Positions 11,789-23,497 of a DNA stretch of 64,000 nt are shown here, piece after piece (position 1 is the stretch's first letter; each line of letters begins with the position of its first letter). The translations under genes and the position numbers were made by a program. The notes under the pieces were generated by a model that saw only the letters and a program-made list of their open reading frames with translations, did no database searches and had not been told where the DNA came from. Source of the DNA: Scyliorhinus canicula (taxonomy: Eukaryota); the NCBI RefSeq assembly GCF_902713615.1, contig NC_052158.1:105598540-105662539 (forward strand). The letters run 5' to 3'.

Positions 11789-14007
11789 ATGGCGCTGTGA
11801 TGACCTGCTCCACAATTCGGGATGCAGACCTGGGGAGGCTCCGACAAGCGGTCGAGGCCAGGAGGGATGTCCTGTTCCCCCGGGGATCCTGGAGGGTAAG
11901 CTACAGGGCAGCCATTGCTGACTGGGAGGAAGTGTCAGTGGCTGTCAGCTTGGGAAACGTCAGTTGGAGGACTGGCGCCCAAAGACTGACCTACATCGGG
12001 TTGCCTGGGTGAGTTGGCACCAGACCACTTCCCCACGAAACGGCACCTGGCACCACCCCCGCCAAACACCGTACCGTGCCCTGGCCCACACATGCCACCC
12101 ACACTGTCCCTCCCCAAACCCCTCTCCGAAATGTTCTTTCCCCCCCCACTTCAAGCACCCTCCCCAACCACACCCCCAGAACCTTCCCCGCCCTGAACCA
12201 CACGTGCGGCTAATGATGACTTCTGTGTCTCAGCAGCAGAAGTTGTCCCACACCGTTGGGAGAGGGCCAGACTGCCGGCGGGGTGCTGGACATCAGAATC
12301 CTTACCATCTTTGAGGAACGGGCCCAGGAGGACATGGGGATGGCCGAAGACAGAGTGGTCACGAAAGCAGAGGTCAGCCGCACTGCAGCGGTGGGGATCG
12401 ACCAAGCCTCCCCCAGATGGACTGTCACACGTGAGTTGTTATTGCCATACTGAATGACCCATCCCTCCCACTGACCACATGTCCATTGTACCGCAGGACC
12501 TCCAGCCAATGGTGTAGGTCCGTCCGGGGTTGTTAACCCAACTCCCCCCGCCCAATTTCCCAGGAGAACACCTCGGAGGAGAGGACGATGCCACCGTACA
12601 TGTATCACAGCTGTTATTCTCACCCTCCACCAACACAGTAGAGCACCTCAGTAGGCAAAGTTAGTGGTCAGGCTTCTGGGGCATATTCTGGTGAACACCT
12701 CACAGTTGCTGATGTACATCAGGTGGAGGTAGGAACGCGCAGGCGAGACAGCAGTAGGAGGTCTGTTGGATTGAAGGACCCAGCTGAGTCCCAGTCAAAT
12801 GCTGAGCCTCTGGAATAGGTTTACACTACAGCAGGTCCATAACCGTTTGGAGGAGTCCCAGAGGCTACAAGCGCAGGCGATGGCGCCGGCAATGTGTAGC
12901 ATTGAGGCCAACACTATGAGGCTGCCAACCGCAGTGGGGAGCCTGGTTCACAACGTTCAGCAGCATGAGTGGAGGTGCCCAAAGCATAATATAGTTGGTT
13001 ACGGCCATGGTTGAGACCTTTGGTATACTGCCGACTCGCAGGGGTCCTGACCCACTACCAGGCAGACCTGAAGTTCTGCGGGACATGTCCCAGTCTCAGA
13101 TGGGAATGGCTGAGGCACTGCGGAGCTTTTCCCTGTCACAGGAGGGCGTTGCTGAGACATTGCAGAGCATGTCCCAATCATAGAATAATGAAATTTACAG
13201 TGCAGAAAGATATAATTTACAGTACTGAAGGAGGCCATTCGGCCCATCAAGTCTGCACCGGCCCTTGGAAAGAGCACTGTACCCAAGCCCACACATCCAA
13301 CCCGTCCCCATAACTCAGCAACCCCACCCAACCTTTTTGGACACTGAGGGAAATTTAGAATGGCCAATCTACCTTATCTGCACATCTTTGGACTGTGGGA
13401 GGAAACCAGAGCACCTGGAGGAAACCCACGCAGACACGGTGAGAACGTGCAAACTCCGCACAAACAGTGACCCAAGCTGGGATTCGAACCTGGACCCTGG
13501 ATATGTGACACAATAGTGCTAACCACTGTGCTACCGTGTCACTCACTGAGGAGCTTTGTCGAGGGTGTCGACAACATGGTACAGGCATTGGCGAGCCACA
13601 AGGGCTGGGAGACCCAGATGACGCAGGGGCAGCTGGGGCTCAATGCAGCTGCCCTGCTGTCATGAGGTGAATCCCAGGGCTCTATGGACATCGACCGGGG
13701 GGAGGGGGCGCTAGGCCCCAACCCGGACCCATCCCAGGGAGTGGCAATGGTGGCCACCAGCTACCCCGCAATCCACCCCTTTGATGATGCCGCGTCACGC
13801 AGTGAGCACCCCGGACAGCTCTGCATTTGCCACCAAGTGCGCCAGGGCCCTCGGGCCCCCAGAGCCCACAAAAGAAGCCTGCCGGGGCATCAAAGGGCAC
13901 GGGACATGGTAAGCAGCTGGCTGCCTGAACCTGGAGATGTGCATCCTGGGGGACCACTGAGAGGCAGCGGCAGAGCAAGGAAAGCCAAGCACATTGAGGA
14001 TCACTGA
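11789..14007 (+). pseudogene. Harbinger Myb/SANT-like DNA-binding protein pseudogene (about 3 exons)
   Basis: RDADLGRLRQAVEARRDVLFP...WEEVSVAVS..RTGAQ, then QTAGGVLDIRILTIFEERA. Donors gtgagt at 12009 and 12431, acceptors near 12233-36 and 12496. Basic C-terminus RARKAKHIEDH*. Stops, frameshifts and a SINE insertion. Confidence 0.75.
13180..13538 (-). mobile_element. HE1-like SINE inserted in the Myb/SANT gene
   Basis: Full head, core and ctgcactgtaaat tail on the minus strand; tail partly duplicated. Confidence 0.88.
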
Positions 14008-14531
14008 GAGGCCACTGGGGGAGGACAAGAGGTGTACGTAGGGGGTAAGGGGGAGATAGTGCTTTGGGAAGGAGGGGATGGAGGGTGAGGGAGTGGGGGT
14101 TGGTGGGGAGAGTGGAGTGGCATTGGGAGAATGGGGCAGTGGTGTACACTTGTAGGATAAATTAAAAATCCTTCACCACAACCAGTACGGCGTTTCTGTC
14201 ACATCTTTCCGCAATGTGGGTTGACTTCCAAACCCTTGCCCCATCGCCCCCGGCATGGGGGTCCTGCCTAACCTCCCGCCCCCTCCTCCCAGCCCCTCCC
14301 GGCACACCCCATGCAGGTGATGGGTGTGAGCGAGTACTCAGCAGACAGACAGGGGTCAGAGATTGAGAAGCACCATCGCTCAGCTCTCAGCTGGTTATCA
14401 TCACCCCCTACACCCTGCTCTTGACAGTGACCCACTGACAGTGCTGATACAGTTGCAGTGATGTAACACAGACACTGGGAGTGTGGGAAATGGGGGTTAG
14501 GGTACCGTTGGCAGACCAGGCTACGTTGTAA

Positions 14532-15729
14532 GTGAATCAGGCGAGTATGGGGACCTCCCGATCCCTCCGGGTTTGCCAGATCCTCACCGCTACTGCCTGT
14601 CCGGTAGCCTCCAGCTGGTCTTCCAGTTCCTCCCCGGGATCGTCCTCCATCACATACTGGTCCAGCTCCTCCTCCTCGTCCTCATCATCCTCAGAGGTGA
14701 CCACATGTTCCTCGTCTTTGACCTCCAGCACGTCACCCCGCTGCTATGCCAGGTTGTGGATGACACAGCAGACCACCACGAAGTGGGCAATTCTCCGTGC
14801 AGAGCACCACCGGAGTGGTTGTGGGATCGGAACTGCATATTTGAGCCGTCTGATGCACCACTCACTATCAGGTCTCCGCATCGGTCTCTAGCCTCCATAC
14901 GGTCGTCATTAGCCTCGTCCTAAGCAGATATCCCTTATCCCCCAAGAGCCAGCCAGCCAGCCTGGGGTAGTCCTCGAAGAGGCCAAGGATGTTTGACTGC
15001 CCCAGGATGTCGCAGTCGTTCACATACGTGCATGATCCAGAGGTGGTGGTCGCACATGAGCTGGATATTCAGGGAGTGGAACCCCTTTCTGTTTACGTAG
15101 GGCAATCCTAGATGGCCGATGAGCACAAGGCGACATAAGTGCTGTCCATCAGCCTCTCGATCTGGAGCATCCTGGCGATGGCAGAGAATCCTACTGCCTG
15201 GCAACATATTGGGCTTGGTCTGTGTCAAAGTTTATATAATTTTCTGCCTGGGCAAACAGGGCATCCGTGACCTTTCGGATGCACCCATGGACTGTAGCCT
15301 GAGTGAAGTTGCACAGGTCCCCTCTCAAGCCCTGGAATGATCCCGAGGCGTAGAGGTTCAGGGCTGCGGTGACCGTAACGGCCACGGAGATCAAGTGTCC
15401 TCATCCACATGGTGACAAGTCTATGAGGACATGGCACAAGTGCTGCACCCTCTGCTTGTTGAGGTGGAGTATCCTACAACACGCGCTGTCTGTCATTTGC
15501 TCATAAAACCATTAACACTTGTACACCCTGGGCTGTCGCGGGCCTCCCCCTTTGAGTCTCACCCTAGCCTGATCGGCGGCCAAATTCTCAGAGTGTAGGA
15601 CAATGTCCTGCATATGGGCCGCCACCTCGAGCTTCTGTCGACATTGTTGCTGCTGCTACAGTACCTGGCGCCTAGCCGCCCGCTCTGCCAGCAGCATCAC
15701 TGTTCCGCGGGGTCCAAAATATTGTCCAT
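14532..15729 (-). pseudogene. Harbinger (HARBI1-like) DDE transposase pseudogene
   Basis: Fragments VTAALNLYASGSFQ..GDLC..CIRKVTDALF, YVNRKGFHSLNIQLMCDH, GWLLGDKGY and an acidic C-terminal tract, spread over several frames. Confidence 0.88.
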
Positions 15730-16997
15730 ACCATTCAATATTAATAAGAAACTGGGAGACGGTGTTGGACTGACAAACAGATATCTTCCACCTCAGGGCC
15801 TCCATTCCCCCCTTTATTCCCCTCTCCCTCACAAACTGTACGCCCTTCCCTTGCATACCTGGCCAGAGTGGGGGCTCCCACTCACCGGACCCAACACCCT
15901 GTCCCCCTCTCCCCACACATAACGTTACCTGAACAGCAGCTGGTCCCCTCTCCGTTGCACTCATCTATCCTCCAGGGGCCGTGGACATGTCCCCAGGGCT
16001 GGGTCTTATCCCCTGGGTGTTCGGATATTGGCTGCTCCGTCTGTGATGTTGCCTCCCGCAGTGTTCATGCTCGGTGTCCAGTCGCCACTGACTGATTGGG
16101 ATGCTAGGCAATAAGTTCCATATGCTAAATGTCATGCCCATCCACGGGAATTCCATTGGGATGTGTGAAGTGCTCACGTAACTATGATTGCCAATTCCCA
16201 ATTGGCAATAGTCTTCAGCCGCATGGCCAGAGACTTCCAGGGGCAGTGTGGGTTATGGGTGGCCATTGGGGCAGAAGGGTAGGGACCAGAATGGGTACAC
16301 ACGATCCAGGGGTTGGCATGGCAAAGCCCCCCCCCCGCACACCACCTCCTTCCCCTCCCCCAGTGGAGCACCTCCTTCCCCCCCCCCATAGCAGACCACC
16401 CCAGCCAAGGGTGAATACCCCCCTCTAGTTTCCCCACCCTCTCCTGAGCACAGAGGCAGTAAGCCCAGCGCCCCAGGTGTTGTACAGAGATGGAGAGATT
16501 TAAATGTAACACAAAGATGTTGCGATCTTGAGCTAACATAAGTCAGCAAGGACATGGGTAGTGGGTTCTACAATCTACAAGATGCACTATGGCAACTTGT
16601 CAAGGCTTTTTCCACAGCATCTTCCAAACCCATGACCCGTACCACCTAGAAGGACAAGGGTAGCAGATGGATGGGAACACTACAACCTGTAAGTTCCCCT
16701 CCGACCACACACCATTCTGACTTGGAACTGTATCTGTTTTTTCATTGACCACGATCTTCCAATATCTAGATCATTGGAGTCTAGGCGTATAACCAAGATG
16801 CACATCAGGATTCTGCAGAGGTCTGTTCTTGAAAATACAGAAAAATGTGTCATTTGAAACATGGAAGTCTGGCAATATCTGGTTTGAGAGGATACAGGGA
16901 AAGATCCCACAAAAGTTTAAGAGCAGCTTCAAAGAGCAGGGTTGTAAAAATGCAGATTCTTGCTCACAAGCAGGTTTTAGCAAACACACAGGTTTCA

Positions 16998-18240
16998 TGT
17001 GGTAAGCTAAAACAATGGCTCACACCTTCATGGAATGTAACTATCTCAGGAAGCATCTGAAAAAGCATGGATGAGAGTTTCAATTGCATTAAGTGACGAA
17101 TGTTTAAAACAGGCAAGTCTTTCAAGTCATAACCAAGTTAAATTTTAGCATACAGCTAAAAGCAAAGTTTCACACCTTAATTGAAATAAACTCTCTTAGT
17201 AAACAGCTGGAAAGGATGGAAGATGCTCAGTCGAATTTGGTGTCAATTTTAAAGTGTAAAATTCTACGAACATCAAGTCAATTAAAAGAAAATTGGAGAC
17301 GACCTGTCTACGAGAAACATCATTTAAGTCAAAATCAAAGGCAAAGTTATGAGCTGGGGACAATTGGAAAATTAAACGATTCGAAATCACAGAAATAAAA
17401 GTTAACTATTGAAACCAAAGCATTTTTTAATCAGATCTGAGAGGAGACGATATGCCCAAAATGAATAATTAGTTGTAGTAAGATGTTTACATCAAAGATA
17501 CTTTTAAACTATCAAAGTGAAACAAGCCCATTTACAATAAAGTCGTTAAAAGTTAATAACTCTCAGAAAGAGAATATAAACCCAGGGAGCAGAGGACAGG
17601 ACAAAGGAAAACAGCAACAGGAGAGAAGGGGAGGAGAACTCAGAGAGAGCGAGAGAGAGAGAGGGCTCGGTCATGGGAAAGACAAGGCAAGCAGCCGAGT
17701 TTAAACAGTTATACATCTAAGGAAGACTAGAATTTAAACAAAAGCCAGAGCCAGCTCTCACAGCTGCATGGGAAAGACAGGACACAGCAACCGAGTTCAC
17801 CAGAGAATACAACTCAAGAAGACTAGATTTTAAGAAGATCGATTGTCAAGGTGGGACTGAAGGTCTGTACAACCAACCAGCAGCAGCCAGAAGCAAGATC
17901 TTTTTTCCTTTCTGTAAAGAAAGTGTTTGCAGCTTTTAAAAGAAGAAATATAATAATAAAAATAACTTAACCTGAAAAAGTGGTTATTAGCTTACTTCAC
18001 TTCCTTAATAACGCAGGACCCAGGACATCAATGCTATTAAGGGGTAAGTAGGTAAAATTCTTCGGTGAAGGTATGGGTTATACCGGGGGATAACTTGAAA
18101 AGATAGTTTGACCTGAATAGCACCCACAGAAGCCTGCATTGGAGTCAGGGAGTGAGAATCCCTGTTCACCATTTAGAATATCGACCTTTTTTTTGGTATA
18201 GGGGGAATTCTAAGAATAGTGGTGAGTTTTAACTTCAGGT
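16998..18240 (+). mobile_element. Unclassified LTR-like element (~1.2 kb)
   Basis: Starts TGTGG, has A-rich U3-like sequence, a TATA-like aatataaa at ~17573, an internal ~95-bp diverged duplication (17675-17840), AATAAA at ~17955 and a stem-loop-rich 3' end. No TSD found. Confidence 0.35.
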
Positions 18241-18404
18241 CCTAATGCATTTATTTAATGGGAATGTCCAGGAAGGTTGAACATCCAAGGGCAATTCCCA
18301 TGCTCTCCAGGACCCTCCAAAGATGTCTCCAATTCTGGTTAGAGTCGGAGATCTCAGATGTTTCCTGCTTACTTACCCTAATATTTACATATGAGACAGA
18401 TAAA

Positions 18405-18725
18405 TCGTAGAATTTACAGTGCAGAAGGAGAACATTCGGCCCATCGAGTCTGCACCGGTCCTTGGAAGGAGCATACTGCCCAAGCCCACACCTCCACCTT
18501 ATCCACCTAAGTTTTCTTTGGACACTATGGGCAATTTAGCATAGCCAATCGACGTAACCTGCATTTCTTTGGACTGTGGGAGGAAACCGGAGCACCCCGA
18601 GGAAACCCACGCAAACACGGGGAGAAAGTGCAGACTCCGCACAGACAGTGACCCAAGTCAAGAATCGAACCTGGGACCCTGGAGCTGTGAAGCAACGGTG
18701 ATAACCACTGTGCTACCGTGCTGCC
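18405..18725 (-). mobile_element. HE1-like SINE
   Basis: Head, core and tail on the minus strand. Confidence 0.88.
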
Positions 18726-19519
18726 TCGTAAAACTCATAGGCAACTGTACAGCAGGCTCCCAAATCACTCACACTGATCCTCTCTCCGACTCCTCCCTTG
18801 ACCCCCTGACAACCCCCTGCCCTATATCACAATTCCCTACCCACAAACTCAGCTACCACTCTACCCACCTACCACCATATTTAGTTGTCACCCTACCCAT
18901 CTATCTCCCCCACCTACTCACTTTCATATCTAAGCACTCACTCATTCACTAATACACTCATTCACTAATACACTCATTCACTAACACACTCATTCACTGA
19001 CAGACTGAGAAGTTTGGGGACAGTTAAACAGTGGAATACAGCAGCGAGTGTCGTATAAAGCATGACTTCCCTGCACAGTCCCTTCACTGCTCTCTCCCTC
19101 TCTCTCTGGACTTTTGCACTGAGGGAGTTCTGCAAGATCTTCCATCAAATGTTTGGACAGATGTATGCAGATAAGTGGATAGTTTTCTGTCTGGTCAGCA
19201 TCGGACGCAAGGGTTCAGATGTTGATTGGGCTAATGTCTTGGGTCAAAACACCTGAAGTCCCTTCCTAACAGCACTGTGGATGTACCTACACTGTATGAC
19301 CTGCAGTAAGTAGCTCAAGAAGGTAGCTCACCACTACCTTCTCAAGGGCAATTAGGGATGAGCAACAAATGCTGACCTTGCCAGTGTTTCTCATATTCCT
19401 TGAACGAATAGAAAAATCTTCCAGCTCTGATTATACACCTCACTTATCTGGTCATTTATTTCATTGCTGTTTGCTGGACTATGTTTCACAGGTTGTTATG
19501 TGCACCTATATTAAATCTC

Positions 19520-19905
19520 ACCCACCTTCACTTTCAACAGATCAAACTCTGCCATTTCTGCCACCTCCAACATGATCCCACCACCAAACACATCTTCCCC
19601 TTCTCTCCTCTCTCAGCATTCTGAAGGGACAGAGCATTCTGAAGGGATAGAGCATTCTGAAGGGACAGAGCATTCTGAAGGGACAGAGCATTCTGGGGCA
19701 TCTTGGTCCACTCTTCAATCACCCCCCCCCCCCAACCAATTTGTCTTCTTGCGGTACCTTTGCATGCAAACCCAGCAGACGATACGCCTGTACATTTTCC
19801 TCCTCCTATCTCCAAAGATGTCTCCAATTCTGGCTCCAAGTGAAGCTGTGATTTACTTGTACTTCTTTCAATTTAGTAGTTACTTAATACTCACAATGTG
19901 GCTAT
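19520..19905 (+). mobile_element. Penelope-like (GIY-YIG region) remnant with an 18-bp tandem expansion
   Basis: ctccaacatgatcccaccaccaaacacatcttcccc... pattern; AGCATTCTGAAGGGACAG repeated ~4.5 times at 19615-19695. Confidence 0.55.
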
Positions 19906-19909
19906 TATA

Positions 19910-20125
19910 ATCTGCATGGGACTTATCCAGCTGGGTATTATTGTTCCCCAGTGCTAATTGGACAACGTGTTAATCAGCATTAGTATAATAGGTAGCAGCT
20001 GACAGAAGGGAGTGAGGACCTTGAAGACTGTAGCTGGGTCCTGTGTAAATAATTCTGAATGAACGCCTTTCTTTGAACTCTTTGGACTCCCCTTTGCTTT
20101 TACTTCATTGGCGACGAGGATGGGA
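19910..20125 (+). mobile_element. Gypsy-type LTR followed by primer-binding site
   Basis: Short LTR-like stretch ending ...ttca, then TGGCGACGAG at 20110, a common PBS string of vertebrate Gypsy elements. Confidence 0.5.
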
Positions 20126-21316
20126 TTGGTGCGGTCGGCCTACTTCCCCGCTTAAGGATTTTGTTTTAAGGATGTGGACTGCGGTACGGACTTCTAGTTG
20201 CTGCAAGACCCTTTTTCAGAACCTGTTTTGAAACAGCAGGTAAGCGCCGGGCGAAGGATTGATGCCGGCTTATGGAGCACGTGTGCTGGGAGAGAACCTG
20301 GGTCTGATGTATTAGGCACTATCGGAAACAACGTCATGGGGCGACCACTGGTAATGGCTGTGCAACGTTTTTGCCATTTTCATTTGCGGTCCTTTTGCGA
20401 TGCCGACTTACTGTGGCAGAATAATTTACTGGGGAGTCCGTACTGGAGTTGGCTGCCACCCCTTTGGAATGTCATTTGGGTTTGTGAGTGCAGCATTGAT
20501 TTTGAAAGACTGTTCCACGATGGTTCAGACTGCGAGATGTACTCCAGCGGTATTTTACATTGGTACTGATGTTTGCCACACAGCTGCAGGTTTTGTGCCT
20601 ACAGGCACTGTTGGGATACTGTGTATGTTGCCGACTCTATTGTTGTTAAGTTGACCAGTGTTGTGGATGAGAATGCTGGTCTGCTGCAGGTAAATGGATG
20701 GGTCCAGCAACAAACTCCTGGCTACCTGCAGCCTCAGGCTGAGGAAGCAGCAGAAGGCCACAAAGGAACTAAAAGCTGGCATAAGTGTTGAGAAACCCCT
20801 TGGCCCGGGTTGACAGACAAAGGATGTTGAAACAATAGTATCACCGAATACCACATCTCTCAAGAGAAACCTTGACTGACATATCTGCTATGATGGCAGC
20901 AAATGTAAGCTCTGGTGTATTCATGCCCATCTAATATCAAAGACCCACAAGATCAGTTTTGGCCTGAAATTGTCTTGTACAATCACAGAAGATGAGAACT
21001 AGGAAGATGGAAAAAGAGCAGGAGACTGGTACAATTTGGTTTGCTCTATCAAAGAGCAGGCACAGGCAGAATGGATTGAATGGTTTTGTTCAGTGCTATA
21101 TCTTTGTATGATTTATACAGCGTTAACTGAATGGTAATTGGTCCTCAGATTGGCAGGAAGTGCTACCTTGAGATAAGATATGTGTAGATATGTTTTACAT
21201 CGACACAAATGGGCATCTGTCTTGGTTTATGACCTTATTTAAATGTTGGTACCTCCAACAAACCACTCCCTACCAGTACTGCACTCAAGCCAGTCTTGAT
21301 TATGTGATTAAGTGCT

Positions 21317-21672
21317 GGACAGCACGGCAGCATTGTGGATAGCGCAATTGCTTCACAGCTCCAGGGTCCCAGGTTCGATTCCGGCTTGGGTCACTGTCTG
21401 TGCGGAGTCTGCACATCCACCCTGTTGTGTGCGTGGGTTATCTCCGGGTACTCCGGTTTCCTCCCACAGTCCAAAGATATGCAGGTTAGGTGGTTTGGCC
21501 ATGATAAATTGCCCTTAGTGACCAAAATTGCCCTTCGTGCTGGGTGGGGTTACTGGGTTATGGGGATAGGGTGGAGGTGTTGACCTTGGGTAGGGTGCTC
21601 TTTCCAAGAGCCGGTGCAGACTCAATGGGCCAAATGGCCTCCTCCTGTACTGTAAATTCTATGATAATCTAT
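21317..21672 (+). mobile_element. HE1-like SINE
   Basis: Head with GGTTCGATTCC, core, and ctgtaaattctatga tail. Confidence 0.9.
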
Positions 21673-21849
21673 GACTGGAATTTGAACCCTCAATTTTGAG
21701 ACTTAAAAGGTGAGGCTACCAGCCAGTAAAGCCAAACTAACACTTTCACTTTTTGTTCTGGTTCCACAAAGTGAGGAAGTGAGCGGAGAGCATCTAATGC
21801 AGAAAAGTTGGGAACAAATACTCACATTGAATCAGGCCTCGGGTTTCTG

Positions 21850-22190
21850 GGAGCGACACAGTGGAACCCACTGCTGCCTCACAGCACCAGGGTCCCGGGT
21901 TCAATTCTGGCCTTGGGTGACTGTGTGGAGTTTGCACTCCCCCCCCCCCCCCCCCCCCCTGTGACTGTGTGGGCTTCCTTTAGGTGCTCCTGTTTTCTCC
22001 CACTCCAGAAATGTGCAGGTTAGGTAGATTGGCCAAGCTAAAATTACCCCTTAGTTTCCAAAGGTATGCAGGTTAGGTGGGTTTACGGGATTAGGGCAGG
22101 GGAGCGGGCCTACGTAGGGTAATGTCTCAGAGGGCCGGTGCAGACTAGATGGGTCAATGCCCTCCTTTTGCACTGTAGCAATTCTATGGT
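21850..22190 (+). mobile_element. HE1-like SINE (older, with poly-C expansion)
   Basis: Diverged head, core and tail. Confidence 0.8.
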
Positions 22191-22689
22191 TCTCCATCTC
22201 CTATTTACTCCATATTGTCTATTCCCTGGATTAATTGGCTTACCTCATTGAAAAGAATGAGCGGACGCAGTGTGCATTCGCCAGTGTGAGTTTTCTACAT
22301 CTTGTTGTAGCTGATCCTGACTTGAAATAATAGTAGAAGGAATTTTGCCATAGGCAAAACAATTTTCATCCTTTGACATTGATCAGCCTGCTGTCCATAT
22401 TATTTGAGGTGACAGGAACATGAATCATGCTATTGCAGTTGGTAGAAATAGTTGTCAAGTGCGGCAGTATTTCAGAGTGTGGGGAAAAGCACAAGGAATG
22501 TGGAATGAATTCTCCGTTGCTTGACTGTAGAAATCATTCAAAGAACTGGTAGGTTAGGGGTAAGGAAAGACATAGGTCACGTAGCTTACAGTTGAGCAAT
22601 GACAGGTCAACATAAGGTTCCCTACCTTGGTATATCTGATATGATTTTTTTGATTTCTTAGATTACCGCACTGGATTAGCCCGATCTAG

Positions 22690-23020
22690 CGTGCTGTTAG
22701 GGAGGGAGTTCCATGATTTTGACCCAGCGACTGTGTAGGAACGCTGATATATTTCCAAGACAGGACCATGTCAGGACCCAAGGAGGGGAACTTGCAGGTG
22801 GTGACGTTCTCATGCATTTGCTACTCTTGTCCTTCCAGATATTAGGTATCGTCGATTAGTAAGGTGTTGTCAAAGGAGCCTTGGTGAGTTCCTGCAATGC
22901 ATCTTTTGATGCTGTCAGTGTGCGTCAGGGATGGAGGGAGTTGATGTTGAAGGTGGTGGATGGGGTGCGAATCAAGCGGGCAACTTTGTCCTGGATGGTA
23001 TCGTTTTTCGAGTGTTTTTG
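22690..23020 (-). mobile_element. 3' fragment of CR1/L2-group LINE (family 2)
   Basis: Matches the reverse complement of 41590-41830 and the copy at 57750-58050. Confidence 0.7.
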
Positions 23021-23497
23021 GAGCTAATTAGTGCAAAATCTTCCATCCTCTTCATTCCTCTTTAGCCAAAAAGTCTCCATAGAGGCTTGGGATGGAATTT
23101 TCTGGTTCCACCAATGGTGGGGAATATGGCGACCCATGGTGGAAAATTCAGAGGCCAAAAGTCTGATTTCTGCCGGCAGGAAATCAATTTGGAATTTTCT
23201 GCTCCGCACTTTCATGGCGGGTCAGCATTCCCAATAATCCATGTTGATAAACTCTATTTAAATGCATTAAGATATCATGAACATTGTTTAAAAACGCATC
23301 TCCCGGGAATAATGTTTTCCCTCCTAATCACATATCTCACTGACCAGAAATTAGACAGTCTGATAAACGATCAAATGTCAGTGAAGTGTGCCTATCTGTT
23401 TTCAATTCACTGATAACTTCAAGTTATTGACAATATTGAAAGCTCACCTACAATACTGCTATTCTGACTCATCACTGCTGCCAAAACTATGAGGTTG

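Larger units (their letters stand above)
11516..16470. mobile_element. PIF/Harbinger DNA transposon, decayed autonomous-type copy
   Basis: Convergent Myb/SANT-like gene (+) and HARBI1-like transposase (-) in one GC-rich block. Ends are approximate. Confidence 0.85.

Noticed and set aside
14532-15729. Domesticated HARBI1 gene
   Set aside because: Multiple frameshifts, stops and deletions, and it is paired with a decayed Myb gene as in a transposon.
18040-18120. Resemblance to 28S rRNA (ggtaaa...ttgaaaaga..tttga)
   Set aside because: Only a few short words match, with no extended similarity.
19572-19910. ORF with EHSEGT peptide repeats
   Set aside because: An 18-bp tandem expansion within a Penelope remnant.
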